DNA of 64,000 nucleotides from Dimorphilus gyrociliatus (Eukaryota; Animalia; Annelida): NCBI GenBank assembly GCA_904063045.1, contig CAJFCJ010000113.1, positions 17,444 to 81,443 of the forward strand, read 5' to 3'. Shown piece by piece: positions 10,003 to 22,779 of this stretch (position 1 is its first letter; each line of letters starts with the position of its first letter). The notes under the pieces were generated by a model. It saw only the letters and a program-made list of their open reading frames with translations, ran no database searches and was not told where the DNA came from. The position numbers and the translations under genes were made by a program.

Positions 10003-10818
10003 TAACTTAGGAAAAAGCATCAACAGTAATTTTTATATGAACAATGGTTTACAGATTAATATTGGTATAGATAAACAGGTTTAAATATTGTTATTGAGAT
10101 TATAAAAATTATGCAATGATAGATCCGCCATTTTGTTGAGGAACTATTTCTTGTTTATGTTTTCCTGTTTTTGGTTCCTTTCAAAAAAAATAGTTTTGTT
10201 AAAATACTATCTGTAAAGATATTTACTAAAGTTGCATATTATAAAAAGTTTCAACCTAAAAAATTCAGTTTATATGGAAATATTGGGGAGAAAGAGAACT
10301 TGAAGAATTCTTATCAATTGGCCTATTATTTCATTCAAGCAAAAGTTTGGAACTGTTTATAAATTCTCTATATGAAATATATATAATATGAACTTTAATA
10401 AATATTTAAAAAAATGAAATTATCATCTTTATAATGAAGTGTTGAAAAATTGTGATAATTTAGAAATTAAATATGAATTTAATGTTTATTGATTAAAAAA
10501 TATTGAAAAAGCTAATAGGCCTATAATTGCTTGTTAGCTAATAAACAAAATTATACAAAATATCTTACTTACAATGATGATTGGATAATCACATAATCCT
10601 ACTTGAATTTCAATACTCTTCTTTTTTTTGTTGATTTGTTGCCACACATTTATGGGACACCTATTAGTATATAAATATCATAAATGTCTATACACAACCT
10701 GTATATCTGAAATTGTCAATTCAAGTTGAGTGGTTTAACAAAAAGGGAGAGAATGAATCATAATGTCAGTTATAGGCTTAAATTGGCTATATAAATTAAG
10801 AATAACTTTAAAAAATTA

Positions 10819-11183
10819 GGGTACAGGAGAAAAACGTCCACTGGAGAAAACGTCCACTGTTTGGAGGAAAATGTCCACTGCTTGGAGAAAACGTCCACTG
10901 GAGAAAACGTCCACTATAAAACTTCAAAGTAAGATATAAGATATTTGATAGATGGAGTTTTTAGAGCAATTTGACAGGAAAAATGAATAATAAGAATTAC
11001 AAATATTTAAATATTAATATATTGATTAAGTAAAAACAAGCATTATAACAAGAATGATTGACAACAGTGTAACAACATTAAAGAATAAAGGTATTTTAAA
11101 CTGGTGAATAAATGTCAGAAGGTTTATCAAGTAAGTCCAGGGAGGTAATTGAGGCAATTTCAAATTGTTCCCATAAGCTGAAT
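10819..11183 (+). mobile_element. Left end of a second copy of the 54691-56470 MULE element, running into the assembly gap
   Basis: Near-identical to 54691 to about 55070 apart from the number of GGAGAAAACGTCCACT units. Confidence 0.9.
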
Positions 11184-11465
11184 NNNNNNNNNNNNNNNNN
11201 NNNNNNNNNNNNNNNNNNNNNNNNNNNNNNNNNNNNNNNNNNNNNNNNNNNNNNNNNNNNNNNNNNNNNNNNNNNNNNNNNNNNNNNNNNNNNNNNNNNN
11301 NNNNNNNNNNNNNNNNNNNNNNNNNNNNNNNNNNNNNNNNNNNNNNNNNNNNNNNNNNNNNNNNNNNNNNNNNNNNNNNNNNNNNNNNNNNNNNNNNNNN
11401 NNNNNNNNNNNNNNNNNNNNNNNNNNNNNNNNNNNNNNNNNNNNNNNNNNNNNNNNNNNNNNNNN
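11184..11465. other. Assembly gap (N run)
   Basis: Run of n characters. Confidence 1.
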
Positions 11466-11564
11466 TTGTTAAGTTAATAAATGATTGGAAAGGAGGGATA
11501 CTGTTCTGAAGGATACTGTTCTGAAGAAGAAGAAATTCCTACAATTACAATACAACAAAGTACA
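11466..11564 (+). repeat. 3' end of a family-B LTR
   Basis: atgattggaaagga...agaaattcctacaattacaatacaacaaagtaca matches the LTR ends at 36019 and 50224. Confidence 0.8.
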
Positions 11565-12599
11565 TATTAGTTTAATAAATTGAGAAAATAGTCACAAAAG
11601 CATAAAATGAAAAGTAAAAATACGACTATTTAAATAAGAAGAAGATGCATTTTGTTGAGTTTATATTGATTGTTTGCTTGAATTTTTTTTAAGACTACTT
11701 ACATTTATTAGTCTTAGTGTTCATTTTGTTCTGAATGGAGACAAAGAAAAAAGTACAATTGATAGGATTAAAACTATTAACCCAAAATTTCCATTCAACC
11801 TCTAAACAATAATCCAAATTTTGTATTTGGTCCATTAGTTATAAATGACATTTTGGAAGAAAATAAAGATCTATACATTATTCATATGTGATAATACCAT
11901 TTTCTAAACAAAACAATAGATTAGTAAAGTCTTTGTGAAAGATGAAATATGATACAATTCATTATCTGTTGGAGAGATGTTTAAGAGTATGAACACGATT
12001 TTTTCAATTTGCCAAATATAGCCAATAATCATAAATTAAAACAATTATAGGTAAATACAAAATTTTAGTATTGTTATCCTCTCATAAATTCATGATTTTA
12101 GTTTCAAAACAAGGAATGATAAACCAAGAATAGTTCATTGTATGAAATGTTTTTTCAAGACTAAACAATGTAAAGTAGAGAATGAATAATTAATTATGAT
12201 ATTTGTATTATTCATTTAATTTTATACAGATTTCTTTACCTATAGTTTGGATGGCAATTTGAATACTTTTTTACCAATGTTGAGGATTAGAGGAATTAGT
12301 TATATTTTATCACAAACAAGGAATATTCAAAAATATATTTGCCCTTTAACATAATTTTATATTATTTCCAGTAAGGAAATATTCAAAAATTTAACCTATG
12401 CTATCCTTGTCGATTCAGTAATGTATCGCACTGTTAAGAATGGAACAGCCATAAATTGTTTGTACAGTGATATTCAAGGTAAAGAGTAGGTTTGGCGCAA
12501 TTCTCTCTCTCACTCTCTCTTTTAACTTAATATAGATTTCACTATGAGTTTTATGAATGAGTTTATTTTATTTTATTCATCAAAATTGACAAAACATCA

Positions 12600-14090
12600 G
12601 ACAAGAGAGTATTGAACTTTGAATATTCACTCAAAGACTTATGGCCATCTTCCAGCACTTTTTCCAATTGGCGTGGCAAATTTTTTGAAGCTTAAACACA
12701 ATTTATGTCCAGGACAAAGCAGATTTGATTCCAGAAAGAGGATATTACAGTTCACAAATGACTGGAATTATGTAAGAAAATATTTTTGTCAAGTGTTTGT
12801 CAAGTAAAGAGCTTTGTACCATATATAGGCTGAAAATAATGGATCTATTTATAGCCGTTATTTTATTGAGAACAGTAGTCAGAAGCCAATACTCCAGTAT
12901 TGTGTAGAGAATAAGAGGAGAGGTGATATCTTTATAGGGTGTAAATTAGTTTTGAAAGAATCAAAATCCTACGACACCTATTCATTCCCCTGTTTAAGTG
13001 ATGGATTGGGCGATGAAAGGGGTATTTATTATCTTGCGTATAGAGAAATACAATAAACTGACTCTGCCTTAAAAGATTTTATTACCCTTGTTAAACCAGA
13101 AGAAGAAGGTTATGTTGACTCAATTTCAATGGTATATGGAATGCCTGTTTTACAAAGTTTGAATTTTGGATTTGGATCTATTCATATAGACTTTTTGACC
13201 GATTGGCTGATCCGTCTTATATGTAAACATTATAAATCTAATTACGGAACGTTAAAATTTAAAAGAGTACGAACAAGACTTTTCAAGAGTCAATACATGA
13301 ACTGCTATAATTATAACAATTTAACGGAATGCTACAACTATCACGTGGAGAATGGACTGTTCAAGAAACGAGTAGAAAATCCTTATAATATTCGAAAAAT
13401 AAATGTGTTATCTGATTTGAAAAAAACTGATTTTATGGAAACGTTTGTTTGTCCATTAGTAGTATGTTTTAATGTTACTGAAGAAGGTACGAAAATAACT
13501 GTGGAGAACAATTTGAATTTAAAAGCATTTGATATTGAAAAGAAGAGTCTTCATTACTGTCCCACCAAATCATCTTACAATGTAGAAGATACATGTTTAC
13601 AAGTTATACCTCGAAGTGATATAGCCAAAAATTACTCTTGGATTGAACAACAATGTGAACAATTGAACATGAAACCAGTTGATTTATCATTTACTCAAAT
13701 AAACAATTTAATTGTGCCAATAATAGAAAAAAATCAACATTTAAGAAGCTTATTGAGTAGTTTGTATATTTTTGCCACTACGTTTTCACATTTTCCTCCA
13801 GTGTTTATATAATTCAGAACCAGGTAACATCACAACGGCAAATGGCATATATGAAAAAACGTCTTCAAAATATTTTCCCTATCCCTATGATTTTATCTGG
13901 TTAATAAACTTTTACAATAAAGATGTTTGCCAATCACTAAAGGATCTTCTCAATGAGGAGTTAACTAGAAAAGATCGTGATTGTATTCTCTTAAAAACAT
14001 CACTGTCACTTGATAGAACTAAAATGCACTGGAGATCGTGTTCATCCTCAATATTTAGCGGTATGTGCCAAAAGAATTTAGGTTAGTCTA
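12600..14090 (+). CDS. Probable upstream exons (lectin-like or unknown ectodomain) of the GRL101-like gene; contains stops
   Basis: ORFs 12619-12807, 13129-13812 and 13772-14086. The SKTYGHLP...YFCQ motif recurs at about 42300 and 59400. Exon structure unresolved. Confidence 0.4.
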
Positions 14091-14269
14091 TAAAGGAGAA
14101 GGAGAAGAGATACTGCTTCTCTCTATTATATTCAAATCTCACTAAAACAAATAATTAATTGTAAACATCGCTAACAATTAGAAATAAACACAAGAAAGAT
14201 TTATAAAATACTTCCTCATATCTTGATTAATACTGTTCAAGTATTTACCTGCAAAAACCAACTGAAAAT

Positions 14270-17240
14270 AAATATCATTTACAAGTGCGACAGAGATAAC
14301 GATTGCAATTCTGGTGAAGATGAGGAAAATTGTAGACAAGAAAAATTATTCTATTGCGACCATAACGAAACGATTCTATATCATTTTCTCTGTAATTTTA
14401 AAAATGATTGTAAAAATGGATTAGACAAAGAAAATTGTGGTGAAAAATTTTTTTTTTTTTTTAATGAAACAACTCCACAAAATCATGAACTATAGGAATT
14501 AATTGAATATTTTTATAAAGCAGATTATCCAGATTGTAGCGATCAGTCAAACTTGTAACTATTAAATATCAAAATCAAACATTTGTCATTTATTGTTTTT
14601 TAAAATTTTGAATTTTTGAGATTTATAGTAAATGCAAAAGTAAACAATGCGTACAAACCCATGTTGGTAAAATACATTGTATTGACAAATCTGATTTGCA
14701 ATCTCGTTCGAGTTTGTTGTCAAAAATTTTTCAAAAAATATTTTGATAATAAAATGAAATGTTTATCAAAAAAAAAACAGATCGCATTATGATTTGTGAT
14801 AAGAATAAGGATATTAATTTTAATGAAATTTGTGATGGATTTAGACATTGTGAAGATGGGAGTGATGAAACTGATAAATGTTCAGATTTGGCCTATGCAG
14901 TTAGAAAATCAACTCAATCATTTGGAAATCAGTCGAGAATTAACAGTAAAATTTTTTGTTTAATGATTAATTTGAATTTTCTAATCAACCAATCAATGAA
15001 GACTTTTGTAGAGTTTTACTTATAAGATCTTTTAATACTAAATGTAAACTTTTTAAAAATATCAAAAATCAATACAAACCAAATCTACACCCTCCATTCA
15101 AATATCTTTCAAATTGTAGAAAGAGAACGTGTGCTCGTGGAGAGTATTTGTGCAATGATGACAATTACTGTATTTCCATTGTATTAGTTTGCGACCGTGT
15201 ATTCCATTGCAGAAAGGGTGATGATGAAGATAATTGCAGTAAATTGCTAGAGTGTGAAATCCTATCGATCCTAGTTTATTCACTCTTTTTCAATTTAGGT
15301 CAACATTCATTGGAAAGTGTCTTCAGGTGTAAAGAAACAAAAGGCATTGTTGAAATAAATAAGATCTGCGATGGTGAACTCGACTGTTTAGACGGTAGCG
15401 ACGAAATGAATTGTCCTTATGAAAATAAATTTCTTAACTGCGAACCTGTCATTGAGAATTTTTCAATATATTGTTCCAAAGATATAACTCTAAAGAATCA
15501 AAATAATCCCTTATTTAAAAGGTTATTGTCAAATTCCGCAATCATATCAAAAGAAAAGTCAAAATCATCGAAGAAATTTTATCAAATACAATCAATATCT
15601 TTTATAAATTGTATAATCAACTTTCCAATAAGTGAAGAATTTCCAAATTTATTCGATATTCATCTTTCTCAAATGTTTTTAAATTTCTCTTATCATTTCG
15701 ATAAAAAACGTCGCTTTTCTCTGTTACAGTATTTTCAACTTGAGCATATCAAAATTATTGATGTAGCCAATCTAGAATTTACTATTTTTCCAAAATTAGT
15801 CTCTTTAACACTGAAAAATGTTTCATTAAATATTTTGAAGAGACAGTATTTTTCAAATTTAAAAAATTTGATAAATTTGACAATAAATGATTGTAATTTT
15901 ATAAAAATTGAACAAGATGTTTTTCTACACGCGACAAATTTGAAATATTTATACTTTTTGAATAGTATTTTACCTGAAAAGTATTTAATCCATTTATCAA
16001 AACATATTAAATCAATTGAAATTGTGAAAAGTCAATATTTTAATCTATGCTGTTTTGTATGGAAATTTCAGTCCTACATTAAAAGTTGCCAACCAAAATC
16101 AACCAAGTTTACTTCCTGTTCAGATCTATTAGTTTCAAATGGTTTGAGATCTTTTGTATGGATTTTTGCAACTAGTGGCCTACTCCTCAACCTGTCGACT
16201 TTGATCTTCAGAGTAATATCGTTTAAAAGATCATCTCATATTTTCTATATATTTTTAGCCTTATCGGACGCATCTACTTCAATTTGCCTTTTAGCACTTG
16301 CCATAAAAGATATGCAATACAGAGGTAACTATGTAACCTATGATTTCCAATGGAGAAATAGTTCATTATGTAAAATAATTGGTTTTTTAACAAACTTATC
16401 AGTACTTTTATCATCGTTCAATCTATTAATAATAACAATTGAAAGATATTTAGTCGTTAAGTTTCCAATGAGTTTGTATTTTACAAACAAAATAACCACA
16501 ATGACATCCATTATAATACTATCCTTTGCTCTATTATTCTCATTGATACCACTCTATACATTCAAGGTAAAAACTTAACAAGATAAAACAAACAAAACTG
16601 ATATGAACCCTAACCAATTAAAAATAATTTTGTTGCCTGTTTTCTAGAATTATTACCAGTTGTTACCAATCTGTATAAATATTCAAATAGGAATTATAAA
16701 GACTAGCGGCTGGCAATGGTCATTTTTTCTTTATAGCGTATTAATGTTTCTGATATCGATATTAATATTAATTATTTATTTAATACTACTCTTATCATTG
16801 TATAAAAGTAGTAAAATGATAAAGAATAATTGTTCTGGAAAAGTAACAAAAAAAGTCCAGACAACTGCATTGGTTATAGTTCTAACAAATATTTCTTGTT
16901 GGCTTCCAATTTCTTTTCTAGGTATTATATAATATCTACAACAATAAAATGACGTCACTTCTGACGTTTATACTATATTATAGGTTTTTCATCAGTTGTA
17001 TTTAATATGAATATCAATCAAGATATTTATAGTTTAATTGTTGTTATTTTTCTGCCATTGAACTCTCTGTGTAATCCAATTGTTTATACTTTTTCCGAAA
17101 TAATTATGTTTTATAAAAAACAACAAATCAAAATTCGAGAAGCCGAGTATGAACAAATTAACAAGGTTTTTTTTTTTTTACTATAAATGCTATTAATTGT
17201 ATTATTTCAGGAAAAAACATCTAGAAAATATGACATTTAA
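14270..17240 (+). CDS. GRL101-like LDLa-LRR-7TM receptor (multi-exon)
   Basis: Several LDLa repeats (CDG..DC.DGSDE..C), LRRs, LCC hinge, TM3 ITIERY, TM6 ISCWLPI, TM7 NSLCNPIVY, and short GT-AG introns. Confidence 0.88.
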
Positions 17241-17258
17241 ATTAACAAGCAATAGTAA

Positions 17259-17750
17259 GTGTCCTTGGAACATCAACAACAACTCAATACCAGTTTTCTT
17301 TTCTATATTCTCTTAGTAATTTTATTTTCTAATAACTTTATGGAAAATTTTATTCTACCGAATTGTCTGCTGGAGAACTTGAGTAGTTTGTGCGTTGAAA
17401 AAGTTGCCGAGTCAATAATATCAATATATTGTCTATCTAGACATGTTATTACGGCTGTTGCATACGCAAACAAATTCTCTCTAATTCTAGTTGAAGATTT
17501 TGGTATTAAAAATATCTTTCTTAAAGTGAATTTTTTAAGCTTTGCTTTAGATTTTTTTTTTTTAATTATCCGACAAAAAAGACTACTTTCGTTGTTTTTG
17601 TTTTTCTTTCAGAATAAGAAATTTTACATTGAAGCCAATTGTCTTACTGCTTCGCAAACAGACCAAACAAGTAATAGCATAGTAAACTTTGGAAATATTC
17701 TTAGAAAATGCCTACAGAGGGAAGCAAGTGTAAGAAAGTTTAAAAATTGA
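17259..17750 (+). CDS. Degenerate kinase-like segment downstream of GRL101-like gene 1
   Basis: ITAVAYANKFSLILVEDFGIKNIFLK and SIVNFGNILRKCL parallel the kinase-like segment at 47358-47722. Confidence 0.35.
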   Translation: MSLEHQQQLNTSFLFYILLVILFSNNFMENFILPNCLLENLSSLCVEKVAESIISIYCLSRHVITAVAYANKFSLILVEDFGIKNIFLKVNFLSFALDFFFLIIRQKRLLSLFLFFFQNKKFYIEANCLTASQTDQTSNSIVNFGNILRKCLQREASVRKFKN

Positions 17751-18069
17751 TACAAAATAAATATACACTTCGAATGATAAGAGTTCTTTACTATATTGCC
17801 ACGCCCACATTCTGTGTGAATATATAGTTCAGTTTAAACTATATGTCAGGTTTTTACTCTTCTATTATCCCGTACAAGTAGTAACCCGAGAAATTTCTTA
17901 TCTAATATTCGTATTCTACAAAATCAGGACATTCTTCTCCAGAAAGTCATTTTACTCAAATTCTCAAATGTTTCTCTTGGACACCTTGATTGTTCAACAT
18001 TTAAAAAACAGTAATTGATTTTAAGTAAGATGGATACATCCCATCACAAATCACAACACAGTCACTTTT

Positions 18070-18285
18070 AGACTAGTTATAATTCAATTTGCTTCCAAAA
18101 AAGATAAGGACTATGTCTAGTGGACTTTGTAACATCCTATTACTAAATATAAACATGAACTAGAGCATTCACCAACTGCAAACCAATGATTGGATATCAT
18201 CAACTCACCAAAGAGTATATAAGCTCCTGTATTTTCATTCCAAACATCTATCTCTATCACAATCTCTAACTCTTGCTTTTAGGGT
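18070..18285 (+). repeat. Partial LTR related to family A
   Basis: gttataattcaatt...tgtaacatcctattactaaa...caactgcaaacc.atgattggat...gtatataa is homologous to the family-A LTR and to 61122-61630. Confidence 0.75.
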
Positions 18286-18519
18286 TTGGGTTTACTTGAA
18301 TTTAAAAAAGTTGATTACTACTATGAAAAGATTTTTGGAACTATACTATATAATATTTATAAAAATCTACTAGAGGGCGCTTTTTGGTTTCTTATACATT
18401 CTTATGTATAAAAAGGTTACACATTTAAAATGCTATCCTAAAAACTTGCCTCTCTTTCCCATATGTGTTTTATCACACTTGAATGGTATCTATGATAATT
18501 TTACTGTCTGAAAATGGCT

Positions 18520-18690
18520 GGGAAAAGCCAAGTTTAGAATGTCAAATTGTACAAGATGCAGATAGATTAGATGCCATTGGAGCTATTGGTATTGCTATTG
18601 AATGTTTGCTTGTGGAGGACATCGTAATCATCTTATCTATCATCCGGATATACAACCTGTTCAATATACTTTCAATTCATCCAAAATGTT
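18520..18690 (+). pseudogene. HD-domain phosphohydrolase fragment (YedJ/YpgQ-like)
   Basis: CQIVQDADRLDAIGAIGIA, then after a frameshift FACGGHRNHLIYHPDIQP. Confidence 0.7.
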
Positions 18691-19269
18691 GAAAAAAAGT
18701 TAATTTAAGTTAAGCCCTTACCAACCCCCAACTGAAGTTAAAATTGTGAATTAATTGTCAGATTGTAGCAAAAGATTGTCCTAAGATCAAGCAACCAAAT
18801 TGCCTAACAAAGAGGTAATAAGACCTCGAAATATGGAGAGACAGTCATAGTGCAGTCAACCTCCTAGCAATTCTACTGGGAAAATTGACTTCCTAGTGAA
18901 AAGAGACAAGAGGAGTATCTGCTCCTAGAATCATACAGTAAAGATCTTAGAGTGAGAACAAAACTTTCTGGGGTAGTGCTCATTGAGTGTGTAACTCGGG
19001 ATTTTTACCTAACCCTTACCCAACATACAAATATGGCAGACCCCAATACAAACCATCTAATAGGGTCATCAGATCTTATTTGTTGAATTGCAAAAACATT
19101 TTTCAAAAATGAATAAAAACAAAAGTGAAAAATTTTTTAACCTTTCTGATTAATTTTTTATAGGTCAGATTTTTTAAGAATTCTCCTCCAGTAAACAATG
19201 GATTCAGGGATAACAATCATCTTTTAAAGTATCATCTAACTGTTTGCCTTCATATATCTTTACATAAAA

Positions 19270-19465
19270 AGTAAACTGTAAAAGATATTGATTTCAGTTA
19301 TTAAAGTCTAAATGATATTCAATCAAAGAAACTTGGAAATATGCTTAAAAATTGTTCCAAAATTGAAACTAAAAATTTATGCTTAAATACACAAATGGAA
19401 AGTGGATTTGTTGACATTTTGCAATGGATTAGTTTAAGTCATCAAACACATTGAAAGAGATCTTA
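19270..19465 (+). pseudogene. RI-like LRR remnant
   Basis: VKDIDFSY*SLNDIQSKKLGNMLKNCSKIE...MESGF, the same repeat type as 32787-34565, with a stop and a frameshift. Confidence 0.7.
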
Positions 19466-19759
19466 CTGAATTGGTAAATGAGCGAGGAAGAAGACCCATT
19501 TTGGAAATTAGTAGATATTTCCATGGAAACTGCCAAATAGACAATTTAGTTAATGGAGGCTAATTAAAATAATTAAGCTTATAAAAAAAAATATATTAAC
19601 AACATTTAGTTTATTAGAATCTAAGATTTTTACAAAGAATACAATGAGAAATGAATTCTTACTCTTTCCAGAAATGAGAGAGATGGGTTAAAACTTTAAA
19701 AATATTGCCAAATACCAAATTTTTGATGTTTACTTACTTTTATTTACAGTTAGTTAGGC

Positions 19760-20200
19760 TTAAGTTTTAGGATGATGATGATAATGATAATGATGAATGC
19801 CTGAAATTTTTACAAAAAAAAAACTTTGCCAAATTTTCACAAAATGTCTTTTGAAATAGAAAATATATAAAAAAATTTGTAGAATTATTAACAAGATATA
19901 TGTGAAAGAGTATAATATTTGAAGGCAAATTATCAGCAATTGAAAATGAAGCTGGAAACCAACTGAGTAGATATATTGTTGTAACACCAAATAGCATACT
20001 TACAGTTCTAATATTCTTACCAAGCGTTTTAGAATCTTTTAAAATGTTTCCATTGTTGCTGATCTGGTTTTTTCTTAATTTTAAACTTCTTAGAAGGATA
20101 ACTATAAATTAGACCATAAATTGAATATAAAAAAATGGCTGCTCCTATATATAATACAAGCCAGATAGTTTTGTACATTATTCACAATTCCACGTTGGTA
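19760..20200 (-). pseudogene. Class A GPCR fragment (TM5-TM7)
   Basis: RTVSMLFGVTTIYLLSWFP (TM6) and YLVNNSTNFFIY (TM7). Stops upstream, and a MITE end lies at 20217. Confidence 0.7.
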
Positions 20201-20216
20201 AAAGCAATTTTTTACA

Positions 20217-20330
20217 GATGTGACAGAAAATGTCCCCAAATTCATGGTTTAACCCTAACCCTAACCTAGCCCTTGTCTCTCTCTAACCTTTTTGATTACC
20301 CCTAACCCTTAGATGGAACCCCCCTAACTA
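20217..20330 (+). mobile_element. MITE half-element with MULE-type end and TAACCC repeats
   Basis: gatgtgacagaaaatgtcccc...taaccctaaccctaacc, homologous to 31993 and 39525. Confidence 0.6.
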
Positions 20331-20699
20331 CAAATCAAAAGCTATCTTTTAAACAAAGTGAAATGTCAATGTTATTTATTTCAAAGCTCTTTCAATTGTC
20401 ATCTCCACCACCACATGCTTTAAGTAAGCACGTAAAAACAAACATCCTCTCTCCTTCTCTCCCTCCCTCTCTCTTTCTGTCTGTGATTTTTGAATGTTAA
20501 ATTTTGGTTTGAAAAATTTTTAGCAAAAATATACTTGGTTGATTTTGATGAAATTTGAAGTAGAATCATTGTCAGAAGATGTTTACAAGCTTTATTAAAA
20601 AATAAATAAGAAGAGATATCAGATGATTGTTTAAAATTGCAAACTAAAATTTATTAAAAAAAAGGTTGAAAAACTACAAAAGTTGAAATTCACAAAAGC

Positions 20700-21040
20700 G
20701 ATTTTGCAACAATGAATCTTGGGATTGATTATTGGGTTACTATTGACCTTTTGGCTTACTATAATGTTTTTATTGTAGATTTGAAACCTTCGTTAACTTC
20801 TGAGGGAACCAATCAAAATATTTTGATTGAATTAGCCAATGAAAATCCAGCTCTAGTTAAAAATTCTGCAAATTTCAATTATTGTGGCGAAAAGACTTAA
20901 TTAATTCAGACGCATCATTATTATTCAATTGTCTGTAATAAAGGGGGTGTCAAAGGTCAATTTGTTGTTTTTCGAAGTAATTTCAATCCTTTTCAAAAAG
21001 TTGAAATTATTGAAATTGAAGTAATTGGAAGATATTTGAG
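20700..21040 (+). pseudogene. F-type lectin / discoidin-like domain remnant
   Basis: YWVTIDLLAYYNV and CNKGGVKGQFVVF...VEIIEIEVIG resemble F-type lectin domain motifs. In-frame stop present. Confidence 0.45.
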
Positions 21041-22779
21041 AAATTCGGATTTACTACTAAATTGGAAAGTGAGCAATTACTTTTGAAAGCTATTGATGGT
21101 TTAGCACTGAAAGATAATACAGAAAATGGTTTTTTCTCATGTAGTGGAATTAGTATAAATGATGATATGAGGAGAATTACATTTACTATGGATAGTTTCA
21201 TATTGTGAACAGTTACTCTCTTCTTCAATAATTCAATGCTTGTATATATTTTTTCGAATATTGGAGATTTCACACAGTTCATCCAATAAATTCCTTGTTC
21301 ATGAAACTTTTGGGCATGTGTTGTCCTTAATTTGTTGACTCATGATCACTTTTCTTGGTCAATCTAGATGAAATCTTCAACAAACCAACTATATTACTAT
21401 CTTTTAAACATTTAATAACAATATTTTTTTTTATTTCTAGATATTTCAAACATTTATCATGATGCTGCTATTCAAGTTGCAGTTGAAATATTAGATATAT
21501 ACTTACAAAGGCAAATTTGCTCTTTAAAAAACAAAGCAACACTTGAATATTTATTCTATAATTATCAATTTATTGGAGATAGAATATCATTTTGTATAAT
21601 TAATGGGATAAAAAAAGTATTGAAAATTTCTTATTCTGATGATAGAAAACAATGTAAATTTGGCATATTTCCAATTTTACTAAATTTTGAAAATTATTTA
21701 ACACTTATAGACTCAAAGAAATTCATCAATCTTTATAAGAGAAATATGAATATTTCAAAACTTTGTAAAGATATATTTTAAATTCAAACAATAACATTCT
21801 TGAAAATCTTCTTCATTCAGTTCAATGCTGTCGTTTTTCATCAATGAAATACATTGAATAAATAAATATCTATATGAACATACCTATGAGCAACTTAGGA
21901 GTTGAGTCTTAAATATAAAATTTTCTTTCTTGGTCATGACAAAGGTGAGGGCTATGAGGAAGCAGGATGTTCTTTTGTCATTTGTTACTTGTCAGTAACT
22001 TAATTGGGCCTAAACACAATTTGTAGGTAAATAGCACCCTACAGATAGGAAATTAAACAAAAATTGTAAGTCTTTTATTGGAATTGAGGAGTAGATTCAT
22101 TCCCACTTCTGGTACTTCCGGATTTATAAACTAAAAAGTATTTTTACAAATTTATGAATATTTTTTCTAATTTTTAAACTATACGTTACATTGACAAATT
22201 GTGTTTTCACCATGTTCTTTAAACACGCCTCTATGACAACTACAACATTGTAATGCATTTGCAGCAGCATGAACAAATTTACATACATGGTGAATTATTC
22301 TAGTTTGTGAATAAAATGAATATATTCATGTTGTAGTAGCTTTTCTTCTGATTTTAACATTGAATGTATACCTGGAAAGACTTTGTCCTTTCTGGGCCGC
22401 TTTTAGTAAAATTTGTTATCAGATAAAATCTCCACTCTATGACATATACAAGGAGAGATGTTAACATATACTCAGTACTAGCTTGAATATTCAGAGACTT
22501 TGAAAAGAGAATGAATGTTGTTAATTGTAATAATATGTATGTCTTTATCCTTTTCAGGTTAGTAAATAGTATATTTTTTTCTGAGAGATGCATATTTAAA
22601 ATGTATATTTTAGCATTGAATTTGCCTTATTTTTTTTCAGCTAAATTTCTTTCATTCCCTGAAAGTAAAGTTGCTAAACTGGGAAGTCATCAACCTTTTC
22701 TTATAGTTTAACTGGTAGATATATATGTTTAGAAATGTTTTGCAGTATTTTTATAATCAATTTACTTTTTAGAAAAGAA

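Noticed and set aside
11112-11477. 121-aa ORF
   Set aside because: It is mostly N bases from the assembly gap.
11565-11568. TATT after the LTR end at 11564 matches TATT before the LTR at 49290, as a split TSD
   Set aside because: The order is wrong for a single insertion, and a 4-bp AT-only match is expected by chance here.
20249-20300. TAACCC runs as interstitial telomere or chromosome-healing scars
   Set aside because: Only 2-4 units, consistently embedded in MITE-like elements rather than at a breakpoint.
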